Below, piece by piece: positions 13,300-25,741 of a stretch of DNA of 64,000 nt. The notes beneath the pieces were generated by a model that had not been told where the DNA came from, did not search any database, and saw only the letters and a program-made list of their open reading frames with translations. The stretch's first letter is position 1, and each line of letters starts with the position of its first letter. The DNA is from Xylographa opegraphella (lineage: Eukaryota): assembly GCA_022813865.1 (NCBI GenBank), contig JALDZX010000014.1, forward strand, positions 124,001-188,000. The letters are read 5' to 3'. Both the position numbers and the translations under genes were made by a program.

Positions 13300-13635
13300 A
13301 TCGCTACTTCCCCTCGTCGCTTTCCTTTAACAACATCGTTCAGAGAGAAAATATTGAATCATCCATCTTCGCTACCATCCCAAAATCCCTTCACTATCAT
13401 CGTCCGGAACGAGGACCTTGCTTGAATCATCCATTTCTGTTACCCTCCCGGCTTTCCTTTAATAACATCGTCCGGAGAGAAAATATTGAATCATCCATCT
13501 CCGCTACCATCCCAAATTTCTCATGCTATCGTTGTCCAGAAAGCAGATCTTGTATCTTCCCTCTCTACTACCCCCATATCTATTCCTTACAACTGTTGTC
13601 CGCAAGAAAGGAGATCTTGAACCATCCACTCTCTC
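13300..13635. repeat. Degenerate minisatellite, five ~65-bp units with a better-conserved ~132-bp dimer
   Basis: ctttcctttaa(c/t)aacatcgt...gagagaaaatattgaatcatccatct(t/c)cgctaccatcccaaa occurs at ~13320 and ~13452; the ttgaa(t/c)catcca core recurs about every 65 bp. Confidence 0.8.
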
Positions 13636-13664
13636 CTATTCTCCCACAGCGCCCGCAACGGCCT

Positions 13665-14150
13665 AGTCTCTATCGGCCTGAGCCGGCTTACTCTTTCAAA
13701 CTTTGAGACGGCCGGTTCAGCCTGAGGTTTTCGTGAGCCAGCTCATAGTTCGTAGCTGAGCCGGCCTGAACCTGTTTCAGACCGATATTTATAATATATA
13801 TGAAATAGTTCAATTTTGTGGTGTTGCGGCTTATAATTAAGGGTTTGGACCCCTAAACGTTGAAACTCATTTTGGACGTGCTGTGGCTACGTAACCTTCC
13901 AGTTGAGTACGCGTGTTCCGCAAGTCATAATACTTTTTTTTTGTTTTTCCACCGCCACCACTTTTTTATACCATCATTAACCCCTCAGTTCGGCCATTAT
14001 GGTCTCACCAGTTGTACACACATCGGCTATTAATTTTGGTCTCTAAGCTATTAGTCTACTACTTGCTTGATAATTTACCAATTTTTCATACACAGGCCGA
14101 TATGAACCGGTTGGGCCAGAACCCTCTGGCTTAATTGCCGGTTCAGCTTG
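13665..14150. mobile_element. Possible degenerate non-autonomous TIR element (MITE-like relic)
   Basis: agctgagccggc (13754-13765) matches the reverse complement of gccggttcagct (14137-14148) at 11/12. Repeated ccggttcagc/gagccggc motifs flank an AT-rich core; no transposase. Confidence 0.4.
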
Positions 14151-16295
14151 ATGGTATCAAGTTGGGCAAATTTGGCCATTGCAGGCGCTGCCTTCCCAGC
14201 TTTCCTCATCAGTATTGTCGCAAGAAAGAAGAATATCTATCAGCAATGATGGCAGATTCTTGAGACATAGTTCTTCTATGATACCGTTCTGAATAACATG
14301 CACAAACCTCTTCGAGGTCAGCTTCAGCACCAGTGCGACGCCCAACTATCGTACCAAAGCCAACCGCTTCGAGTGCCGAAGTTCAAGAATTTCTATTTCA
14401 AATTCTTCTGCGTTAGATTATCGACTGACACGAGATGAAACCGAAGCCAAAGCTATGAAGATCAGAGCGGAAGGCCAATATCTCTATGAACTCCCGGAGA
14501 GAAAATCCACGGATGAATTCGGAGACGAAGGGTCGACTATCTACAACGAACTACAGACAAGCAAGTTTGGCTATGTAAGTAATATCCTAAATACAATCAA
14601 AGAAGTCCTACTAATGTTGATTCAAGTACAGAATGGCGGTTATTGACTCCAGCTTCAAGTGGCTGAATGAGTGTTTTTCATCGTGGGCTTCCTCGACGGA
14701 GGATGGCAGTTTTGGAACGAGAGAAGACTCAAGACTGCAGAATCTCTATCGCATTTACGAGTATCGCTGCGGTCCTGATTATCTTCTACTTGTTCTGTAA
14801 AAGTTCATTGATTGGCGACTTCCAATGGGTTTTCAGAACGACTCAAGCTCAGACGAAGAACTCACCCAACTGCAATATGGGAGTGGTACACGTCCACAAG
14901 TCAGTCTTGAGAATGCTGTTGATGACATAAGGTTTCGACGAATTTTTAGCTACGAGGGGGTTTAAGCAATGAAACGTCTATTCCATTAAACTTATATTGA
15001 TTCGAGAGCATCCAAGTGCTGAGTTAGCACATTCCTCCATTCGTAGCTAATCATCCAATTGTCTTATGATTGTAGCGTGTTACAGCGTGACTGCTCTAAG
15101 GTATAATATCGGGGCGAGGGGTGGTCAAAAGTTTGTGTTCGGACAATAGGACTAGCCGCAATTACGTAATAGCGCTTGCCTAGAAGCTGCATATTTGCCG
15201 AGAAGTCGCTGGCGACGGACCACTTTTTCACCACTCCTCGCTCAAAGAATCGCAATTGAAGCTCACGAACAGAGAAAGGCTCATGCCTATCTCAGACACA
15301 AATCAGCTTTGGGAGAAAGTCCCCGGACACCTCTGCTCCTCTCGGGGTCCAGAGAAATGCGGAAACGCGCCGCCATAAAAGCAAGCTTCGCGGCTTACTC
15401 CTCCCCACTTCCCTTTCCTTCCCACCTCCTTCTTCTGGCCGCTTGCACTCTTCCGATGCTATCTTCTTGGGTCTTGTCGGGGCGCGGGAGAGACACCAGT
15501 GACGATGATATGAGTCCGCGCTCTCCCATCCGCTCCACAATCGACCTGGGATTTGTGTGTCTGAGGAGGAGGCCATTGGATACAGGGTGGGAAGAGGGGA
15601 GATCCATAAGTGGTGGATGGAGGCTTTTTCGTCGAGATGGATAGTTATGCGATTGCCTTTCTTCCCCTGGGCCTGCTCCGCTTCACCGTTGGGTTTGGCC
15701 TGGGGAGATAGGGGTAACTCGATGGGGCTTATTCTTGAGGCGAGGAGTCCCCCCCTTTTTTTTTCGAACCTGTGCTTGGGTCTCGAAACGCTCTTCCGCA
15801 AACTCTTCTTGGAAGCGAGCGTCAAGAGGTTGCGGGCGGCTGGGTCGAACTGGCGAGGTTCATGAGGGTTGTTCAAATGATGATATACACATAGAGTCAA
15901 GCACTGAGGCGCTCCGCAGACCCTACGTGGTGTCGGAGTGCCACTGAGCGACTATCAATGCGTTATGGTATCTGATGAACATTGCAAGTACTGCATTGAA
16001 AGGGGTAACAATTTATTGATTGGAAAGTTTTCATTATTACTTTCCATGGATCTTGAGATTCTTGGTCTGTCGTAGATCAATGATAAACTCCCATCAATGG
16101 AACCAGTTTCAGTCAGATTATCTAGCATTACAGTTACTGTATCAAGTTCTCCCGATATTTGACCCTCGGCCTTTAGTATCTATGCCACCATGATAGCTTT
16201 TTTTCAACAGGATCCACCCCGATAGTCTATGAAACCTTCCTCGAACTAGATTTCCATACACTCTCATGCTTTTGGACAATCAATATCCATTCGAT

Positions 16296-18792
16296 TCACC
16301 TCTTCATGGCCGCCAGTAAATTTAGAGCACTTCCAGCCAGGATAAATCCCGCTTGATCCTTCGAGATAGTGTGCTTTGCGTTGATTTCCAAGGTTCTCCC
16401 ATCGAGCTTCTTCACGCTTAGTACCACCTCATCATTCCCACCCTTCTCCAATACCTCCAACAGATTCAGCGTAGTGACTTTGTCGCAGGCATCGATCAAG
16501 TTGTAATCCTCCTTGTTGACAAACGTCAGCGGCATGACGCCTTGCTTCTTCAGGTTCGTCTCATGGATCCGCGCAAAGCTCTTCGCCAGGATGATACGTC
16601 CGCCCAGATATCGCGGCTGCAGTGCAGCATGCTCGCGGGCACTGCCTTCACCGTAATTATCTTCAGCGACCACGAGCCATTCTCTGCCGTGCTTCTTCCA
16701 TTTTGCTGCCAGTTCGGGGATACCGCTGGATGGGGACCCTGGCTCGAGGTGGTCGTAGGCGACATTCGTTTCGCCGGTGGCAGCGTTGACAGCGCCGATG
16801 AGGGTGTTGGCGCTGATGTTGGGGAGGTGGCCTTTGTATTTTAGCCAAGGACCTGCGGCGGAGATCGTGTCTGTTGTGCATTGTCCTTTGACCTTGTAGA
16901 GGACGCGCAGCCCTTGCAATTCATGCTTGGGAAACGGCTCGAAGGGCTCCAGCAGTGCGAGGCGATCTGAGGTAGGGGAAACGTTGACGGGGTGAGATGG
17001 ATCGGGCACCCCGGCAGTAGGCATGAAGTCTGGATTGCCCTGAGCAAAGCCCTGAGACGGGAGGTCGGATCCTTGTGGAGGGGAAAAGCGAAAGGGTGTT
17101 CCATCAGGTGTGGGAATTGTGTCAGTCAGGGGGTTGAAAGTTGTGCTACCGGAATAGGACATGGCTGTCACTATTTCTGGAGACGCAAGGAAGTTCATAG
17201 TCGAAGGGTTGCCGTCATTCCGGCCTTTGAAATTACGATTGTAGGATGTTAATATCGCATTGCTTTCGCCACGAGAGACGCCATCGGTGCGCTTCCATTG
17301 GCCGATACAAGGTCCGCAAGCATTCGCGAGGATAGTGCCGCCAGCAGAGGAGAAAGTATCTAATGTTGAATCTCGAGAAAGGGTGGCGCGGATTTGCTCA
17401 CTACCGGGAGTGATGAAAAAATCAGCTTTGGGTCTAAGGCCAGCGGCGGATGCCTGCTTGACAAGATCCTCCGCCCGAGTCATATCCTGATATGAGCTAT
17501 TGGTGCAGCTTCCAATGAGTCCAGCTCCGAAGGTCTCTGGCCATTCATTTATAGCCACAGCTTCTTTGAATTGGGAGAGTGGGGTTGAGAGATCGGGGGT
17601 GAAAGGACCGTTTATGTGAGGCTCGAGACTTGATAGATCGATGGTGACATGCTCATCATACTCTACACCTCGATCCGCACCCAGGGGATTGTATTTTTCA
17701 GCTGAAGAAGCCACCTTGGCAGCCTCTTTCGCAATAGCCCCACGATGAGTTGATCTGAGATACGTTTCCATGCTCGGCGTGAAAGGAAACAATGAGGTTG
17801 TGGCTCCCACTTCAGCACCCATATTACATATCGTAGCCATTCCGGTGCAGCTGAGCGTCTGAACTCCAGAGCCGAAGTACTCAATGATGAAGCCAGTACC
17901 GCCTCTTACTGTCAGCATACCTGCCAACTTCATTATCACATCTTTCGGAGACGTCCATCCACTCAATTTTCCTGTCAACTCCACACCCAGAATTCTCGGC
18001 GCCTTCAGTTCCCAAGGTGCATCTACAAGCGCGTCTACCGCATCAGCACCACCCACGCCAATGGCAATTGCTCCTAGACCACCGGCGTTAGGCGTGTGGC
18101 TATCTGTTCCCAGCATCATAAGTCCTGGGGCAGCATAGTTTTCCAACACCGTCTGATGTATGATGCCTGCCCCTGGTGGCCAAAATTCGATCCCGTATTT
18201 CTTGGCTGCTGATTCTAGAAAATCAAAGACCTCTTTATTTCCACTTATCGATGCTGGCAGATCAACATCAGCCCCTCGTTCCCCCACTATCATATGATCA
18301 CAGTGTATGCTTGCCGGTACTGCTATTGAAGCCAGCCCACATGACATGAATTGAAGCAGGGCCATTTGTGCCGAGGCATCCTGCATAGCAACTCTGTCGG
18401 GCTTGAGCTTGAGGTTGGCATTGCCACGGCCACGGATATCTGCGCCAGCTTTCGTGTTGGAGAGAAGAGACTCCTCCGGGGAAGCCAGATGCGAATAGAG
18501 AATCTTCTCCGCAAGCGTTAGTCGTTGTGAATCTCCAAGCACTCTTCGAACATCGGTAAGTCTTTGGACAATCTTTGCGTACGGGGGCGTTCGTGATGCA
18601 AGGTCGGAGTGGCTTGGGGACCGTGAAGTGGCCTCACTTGCGAGGTATCTTCTGCTAGCAGTCAACCTTCGCCAACCACGATGACCAGCCTGGAGACCAT
18701 TTAGTGATATTCTTAGATATAGTATTCATTTGACGAACAACAATCACTCTGGATGCACCAAGATGTCCCATCCGCAGCGTTTCTAGCAACAT
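16296..18792 (-). CDS. ACO2: Mitochondrial aconitase-family protein, ACO2/AcoB (homocitrate dehydratase-like) type; exon 1 18792-18748, intron 18747-18690
   Basis: DRVAMQDASAQMALLQF, IHCDH, GTDSHT, IGSCTNSSY, NACGPCIGQW, TTDTISAAG, NYGEGSAREHAA. The DASAQ and TTDTIS variants match the Aco2 clade rather than Aco1; Arg-rich presequence. Confidence 0.88.
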
Positions 18793-20248
18793 AATGTTCC
18801 CCCTCTCCACTCCCGAATTAATTGTTTTCACGGTCTGTACGCAGTACAAAATTAAAATATCATTACCTATCATTGGCCCGGCATCGGAGCTGCAGGGGCT
18901 TGGGCGGGACAGCAGCCGCGAAACAGGGGACCACGACGGCTATTTTCAGCGGCGCTTCTCTCTGGAACTATGTCGCTAAAGTCGCCTAAGTCCTCAGCCA
19001 GATGCCGGAGAAAGGGCTTAAGAATATGAAACTGCTGACCGGAGATGTGCTCAGTTTTGGTCCATTGCCTTTCTTACTGAAAACGAAAGCGACTAGTGGA
19101 GAGTCAATGGCTACAGCCAATCATAGAAATGCTTACTGTATGAAGCTATGCCAGACACTTAATGCCTTCTGAGACTGGAACTGATTGGATGTTACCTTTA
19201 TCGATATGCCCGCATTGTTAAAGATTTCCCACGAACCAGTGGTATAGATGACGACCTGGCTCTGACACAATAGCTTTAGGAGGATACCGAGAACATACCA
19301 TAGGCTCGGCCTTCAAATCGTCTCTCGCGTAGATGGCAAATATACGAAGCTTTGGTCGGACATTGTTGCATTTTGGCTTACTCGACTATGGGTATGGGAC
19401 CTGGCTAAATCCGACCCTCAAACCAGAATACTCAAATCAACTCCATGTTTGGATACGTGCAACCCCTTACACATAACTGGTGAGTGGTATATACTATATT
19501 CCGCTGACCGAAGTTTCGATAAAGCAACAGCACTTGGTCGGAGAGAACTTTATTTCAGGGGCTAGCTAGAGAATAGTGCAAACCGCGATGGGGTGCTGTG
19601 ATCTCGAGCTGCAGCTGCTGAGGGAAATTTTATGGAAAGGTCCGAATGAATGGAGGAAGAGACAACAAGGAGACTTTCAACAGGAGAGAGCGGCATATGG
19701 GGAGACACAGCGGTGCCGCAGTGGTCTAGATGGAGTGGTGCCTGAAAAATAAAGGTGGATGTCTGACGTGAGCGTCTAAGGCAATGTGGCGGCTGTCTTT
19801 GCACTGGATCTACTGACCACGCGAACATAGTACTCGGTTCTAGCTGGAAAATATGATGTCTGGGCCCCGTGGAAAGCAAATGACATGGTATCCCTTCTGG
19901 AATTGATTCATCTTGCGTAGGCCGCAATGCAAGTACTGTTGGAAATATGCAGTGCTTGAAAAAGGAATCTTCCAAGCTGTCACTGATCTAAGTCAATCCA
20001 ATTAAGACTAGACAAATCCGGAGGGTATTGTAAAAGCGAATAAATAGATGGCCCCGTAGTCTACCATGTTCACAATGATTTCGAGACAACGCCCATTCGA
20101 TGCCGAGCAGAAAGAAGCTACGTGATACCAAACAATCCCAAGAAATATGGTACCCATTTTTTTTCTTTCTCTGGTTCCATTATTGAGCTGTTCTCTAGTT
20201 CCAGCCAGATGCAGCTTGTCGATAATGTCCAAGAGGGTCGAAATTTGA

Positions 20249-20958
20249 CTACATTGTTATAAAGAAGCCAGCGACACCGATCAACATGGCAGCACAAGAT
20301 CCGATACGGACCGTCGAAGCAGCACCAGTATGAGTAGGCACGCTACCTGCCATTGTACTCGTCGTTGGTGATGGTATCGTTAGAGAGCCACTGAGGGCGG
20401 AAACGGAGGGAGAGCTGGACATCCCAGTTGGCGCTGCTACTATAGTTGTGCTGAAGACCATGTTGCCAGACGTGTAAAGGACCGTCGTGTTACTAGAAGG
20501 AGAGGCAACCGACGTGACCGTTGCCGACGAGGATGCCTTGGTGGCTGATCCCGACATTGTGGTTGAAGCAGAGCCAGATGCAGAACTTGAGGCTACGGCA
20601 GTGGCTGTATGAAAGTCAGCAGTGTGAATCGTCACAGCAGACCTCAGTTGTGCACGTACGAACTGTCTTTCCAGCGGCCGAGCAAGAACTCGCGAAGGCT
20701 TGCATGGCGGCATTTGCGTCGGATCCACAGAGACTGGTTATTTGTGATTTGACTTTCGAAGCGTCAGCTCCACATATGGTGGGGAGATCAGCAGGGTTGG
20801 TTTCCGTGCTATGAATACCGTTCAGCATTCGTTCCCTCGCGCGATAATGCGAGATCATACTTAATTGCGGCCAGCAGGCAGGCTGGTGGTGAGGCAACGA
20901 TGAGCCTCGAACTGGCAGTTAGAATCGCAAAGAGAACTGTGAACTTATTGGCAAGCAT
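20249..20958 (-). CDS. Small GPI-anchored cell-surface protein with a CFEM-like Cys domain and Ser/Thr stalk (2 introns)
   Basis: Signal peptide MLANKFTVLFAILTASS, then PPACLLAAIN..TICG..SLCG..SSCSAAG, an S/T-rich stalk and a C-terminal GAA omega site plus hydrophobic tail. Confidence 0.8.
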
Positions 20959-22487
20959 CTTGGGATTATCTGTTGTAAACGCTGTGGAATGTCCGAGGAT
21001 TGAACAAGATGAACGAGGGCGCTGATAGCTGAACGAGTGTTTTTGCGCGACACGCAGTGTGGAAGTTGTGCTAATGAACGAATGTGGTCAATCAAAAAAC
21101 GCAATAAAGAACGATTGAAAGAATGTCGTTGGCCGTGTTGGTGTTGCTGAACAAGATGGATTCTTGGAGTTGTGGATTTAAGGGGAAACAACCTACGCGC
21201 TAAACTCTGATTGGACGCGCTCCATCTTTATGCGGTGGAACGACATTATAGGATCACATCCTAGCATTCTTGCGATATAATGACCAATAGTTGCAGGTAT
21301 CATAGTTCATTGTAGGTTCATCTCTTTTAGAATCTATCTGCGGCTCGGTATGCACCAGGAATGAACCACCAGGCAGGATCCTTACATTGTTACCCAAACT
21401 ATTGGATTTTGATGAGAATGATGCCAACCATAAGTGCACGACCTAGTCATCAATACTCACTATTAAATGGAACTCATCTCAAATGGGGATAATTCGGCTG
21501 CCGTAGGTTTGAATGTCACTTTCTCATCCGAAGCAAGAATCAGAAACAGCGATTTGCGGTAGACCTTGATTATGTAGATCTACAGTGAACGAGCGATCCG
21601 AAATTGACCTACCAGATCATACAACGCAGACTTCTTTCATATCTTTGTTCTACCGAGTCTTACTTGTCGTTTGTCGCTGATGGACCTGTGGCCATGTGAA
21701 TTTTGGCCGCTTGCAAGCGGTATTGTTTACTTAGTGCTTGCCTGTCTCTATCTCCAAAGCAAAGAGATAGGTCACGGTCTTTCTTGATGAGTTCTGGAAA
21801 CGGGTAGGCCAATGCGAGAGAACACGGAAGATTGGAATTGTCGCTGTTGCGCTCAAGAGAGTAGTAGCTGACGAAGGCTATGTGGCTGCCCAACGGAGTT
21901 GAAGGTGAGTACACAGGAGGCTTTATCAATAATCACCCGGTTCAAATCAAGAATCACTTGGTTCAAGGGCAATAGATAGTGGATGCTGGGAGGCTTTCTG
22001 GGTATTCGGAAAGTTAGCGACGCTGGGGACAATACCTTTCTGTAGCATGATCATGTTGCTATGGGTAGTTCGTTCACGGTATCAAGAGAGTATATTGTTA
22101 TTGAGATTCCGGAAGTTGACGCAAGTCAGAGCGGACGTAGTTCAATGCTACCAATGATCGAACGTCGATAACGGCCAGTGAAGCATTGCAGTAGGTAGCT
22201 GAGGGCCCTGGACGTACTTCCTTGAACATACACTAGCGACCGGCTTCAGCTGCCAATCGTACTCGATTATTTACACAATGAATAGCAGATTGACCACTCA
22301 CGGTATCGCACATCCGCATCTCGGATTATGTTTCTATGTACGAATGTAACATAAACTGTCGTCAACTACGGCATGTTCGTGTCTTCAAGGTCTTCACTGT
22401 ATCTGTACATTCTCATGATGATGATCAAAGCTTGACGTTGACAAATGGAACCAGAACTCAGATCAAAAGTTACAGCTTCATACCAAT

Positions 22488-23872
22488 CTAGCAGGCTTCC
22501 AGGAGGTCATAGCCTGCATAGAGAGCTCTCCCGAGGTATCCAGAGCTGCTTCCCTAGAAGCCAGAACAGCCTTCGTGTTCCGCTCCAGCATCTCCTCTTC
22601 GTAGGTCTTCAAGATCGACGGCACGTCGCATTTTTCCCCCGTAAGTCCTTCCGTCATTGCTATCCCAGCATTGATTACCTTTGCCAGGCTGAGACCGTCT
22701 TGGATGGCGTTGTTGGCGCCTTCACCACGAACTAATGATAACGTTAGTTGAGCAGAGGGGTTTGGTAAGCAGATTGTAAAGCTTACACGGGGTCATTGGG
22801 TGCGCTGCGTCTCCCAGTAAGGAGACCCTACCTCTAGGGATTTTCATGGGCACCAAGTCTTTTAACGTAAGTGATGCGGCCATATCTTCAACCTTCGTTG
22901 CCTTGATCACACTGGCGAAGCGCTCGTCAACGCCTTCGATTCGCTCTAGCGCAAACGCCAATTTATCAGCAGGCGAGGCTTTCAGCGCCCAGAAGTCGGG
23001 ATTGGCGGCTTCGGGGTCTTGCCAGTTCATTATCCAGTAGTACTGTGCAGTCTCTTTGTCATCCGGCACGGAGACCAACCCGACAAGTACTCGGAAGCCT
23101 CGGCCCGTGAAGATGTAAAATGATCGAGCATTTTCGAGCTGTGCTTCGTATTCAATTTTGCTGAGAGTGACATTGCCATAGATCGCGCCTACGCAGACGC
23201 GATTGAGTTGCGGCGGGTTGGGTGAGAATAGTTGCGTGCGTACTTTTTAGATGATGCGAATCAGTTCGGACTCCAGTGACAATCGTGCGAAGACATACCA
23301 TGGCTATTTAGCCCTTCGCAGCCAATAAGCATTTCTCCAGTCGCGCTAGAGCCATCGGCAAAGAAGGCGGTAATCCCATGATCGCTTTCCTCGTAATGCA
23401 CGAACCGTTTGTTCCATCGGATGTCAACGTGATTTGCGAGCCAAGCCCGCAATTTCGACCTGGTGGCTCGCATAAAGAATCCAGGATCCCCAAGGTCACC
23501 GCCCATGTTCATCTTCCTCTCGCCGCTATAGGCATCGAAAAAGGCAGCTCTAGACGTATAAGAGGCGCCACGCCCAAGACCATGAGTAACGGCAGTCTCG
23601 TGCATTGGCGGTAGGTCATTGGGTGTAGAACGGAGCAGATCGCCCAGGATGCTACGATTGATATTAGAATAGCCAGAAATATAGTCGAAGAAACTTCCGT
23701 ACACATGCAACGCTATAGCCCAACCTTGTCCGCGGGCATAAAGTTCAGCATCGCGCTCGAACACCAAGTAGGGAATCTGCTGTTTGCGTAGAGCTTGTGC
23801 TAAAGCGAGCCCGCCAATTCCCCCGCCTATGATAAGAACTCGAGTATCATTCTTGACCCTGTTTGACAACAT
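22488..23872 (-). CDS. FAD-dependent monooxygenase (aromatic hydroxylase family), 3 introns
   Basis: VLIIGGGIGGL, VFERD, LIGCEG, VSLLGDAAHPMTP|RGEGANNAIQDG, YEEEMLER. Confidence 0.88.
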
Positions 23873-24481
23873 GGCCACGATTTTCGCTCAGGTGAGAGTG
23901 ATATTAATGGAAGCGAGTGTGAAAGTTGATTGAAAGAGGTAGAAACACTGGCCATTGAAGGCCTCAATATATACAGCTTGTTTCGAACCGAACGCGGGAT
24001 AAACGGCTCGTCTCGGACTCGGACAAGTCAGCAGACGCGAATATGTGGCCACACGACAAGCGGGCAAGGTGGTCCAGCCAATACTTGAACAGGCACGAAC
24101 CCCATGAAGCTGGCAGAAAATAACAAAACAATTAAATGCCTCGGAAAGGCTTGCACTTGCTGTCGAATGGACGGTATGCTCTCCCGATCGAGGCGTTCAT
24201 GCAATGAGACGTGTGACTGCAGAACAAGGTTGTGATCGGCCTCTGTTTTAAGGCTGATACACGACAAGTCGTTCAAGCATGTCCCTCGGCTGAGGCAGAG
24301 CTTGACCAAGGAATACATTTGACAATAGTAGAACATTGAGTTGAACTTAGGTCCTTCACAGCTGACATAAGGGGTATGTTCGATTGCTGACGACGTTATT
24401 CACGCAATGGCAGATCAAGCGATACAAACATATCAAGATGCTTTGAAAATAGGGTACACTCCTGATTGACGGACCATTATC

Positions 24482-24561
24482 CTTGACGGAGGATTGATCG
24501 GTCGGGTGAAAGACCGAGAGACTTGACGGAGGATTGATCGGTCGGGTGAAAGACCGAGAGA
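24482..24561. repeat. Perfect 2 x 40-bp direct repeat, each unit containing a TCGGTC-N8-GACCGA inverted repeat
   Basis: cttgacggaggattgatcggtcgggtgaaagaccgagaga at 24482-24521 and 24522-24561. Confidence 0.95.
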
Positions 24562-25741
24562 GCGAAGTGACCGAGGACAATCCGAAGTGGATGTTTGGCA
24601 CGGAGTATCGGTATCTGCAGGATGTACAGAGGTGGCAGAGGTATTCCCTATCACGCCGTGGGATGTTCTATCATAGGGCTCAATGATGCTTCCCGACACC
24701 ACAGCGTCTGAGGTACTGAGGCAACGCTTGTCCGAAGCATTTCCGAGAATACCTTGACGTTACTCTACCTAAACCGCTGCCGTTTTATCGCAACTGCCGC
24801 CGGTGCTGGCATCGACCGAGCATCATCTACTGGGTATAGGTCATTATTAGACCATATGTGACCTAATTACAACTCATGATCGGCGACCTGGTTGTCTACT
24901 GCATAGGTGAGAAGGAAACCCGGCGTGGCAACCGATGTGGTAGCACCTCGACCTGCGAAGAGCATCAATGCACAACCACAACGTTTCCATCTCAATCATA
25001 GTGAGTTTCTACTTTGGATTACTTCAGCGAATTTGCGCGTCGACATCAAGATTTAAACCTTGCTTAAGAGCGTCATATCTCGCTGACACGACTTGCGAAG
25101 CGGACTGTCTTTCCATGGACAGCTGTGCCATTAGTCTGTCTACGCCCGCCGCAAAATGCCTCGCTGCGAGTGCCCAAACTCGCTGGCAGCAACCAGGCCG
25201 CGTTATCCTGGAGTACTCTTGATCATGTACTGTCTGGACGACGGGCAAGAAGTCTCACACAGCGCCTCAAAGTCACCGAGTAGGTTGACGACGTTCGACA
25301 CCCTCTGTTCGAATTACGGATGACCCTTCATTGAAGGTACACAGCTGAGCTAGACAATCCCGACGAAGATCGGACTTGACCGACCGAATCATCGGACCAG
25401 CAAATACGGCCCAGCAAAGCTTGTGTTCACTATGAGACCTTTTCGGTCCTGTGTCGCAGCCGCGCGCTTCCGCTGAATAGATGGTAGCCACTCAATTACT
25501 CAGCCCCCAAGTGCTCAAGAATGTCAATGATTTCTCCAGTATCTCTACATCAACCACCTTGCGCCTGCCTAGCTACCTCGGATATGTTGACTGACTCAGA
25601 CGGGGCATATTTCAGGCGTCTTGTAGTCACATGCGGGTAGCCCACGATCGTTACATCGAATTTATTCCTGGTTTATATAGTTGATGTTCCTACCAATGTC
25701 GATATGCGTGTACACTACTGTACTGCACTGGTCTGACGAAC

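Noticed and set aside
13300..13635. Repeat array as a CRISPR
   Set aside because: Eukaryotic context, degenerate repeats, intervening sequence related between units and no cas genes.
15292..15900. 202-aa minus-strand ORF
   Set aside because: Non-ATG start, passes through homopolymer runs and has no family motifs.
19000..20000. Coding-like sequence upstream of ACO2
   Set aside because: The frames I tried are interrupted and show no recognisable homology.
24482..24561. Hammerhead ribozyme suggested by the GAAA-containing hairpin
   Set aside because: No CTGANGA core and no three-helix junction.
25024..25248. 74-aa minus-strand ORF as an antitoxin for the MazF-like gene
   Set aside because: No ATG start, no supported splice model and no AbrB or RHH pattern.
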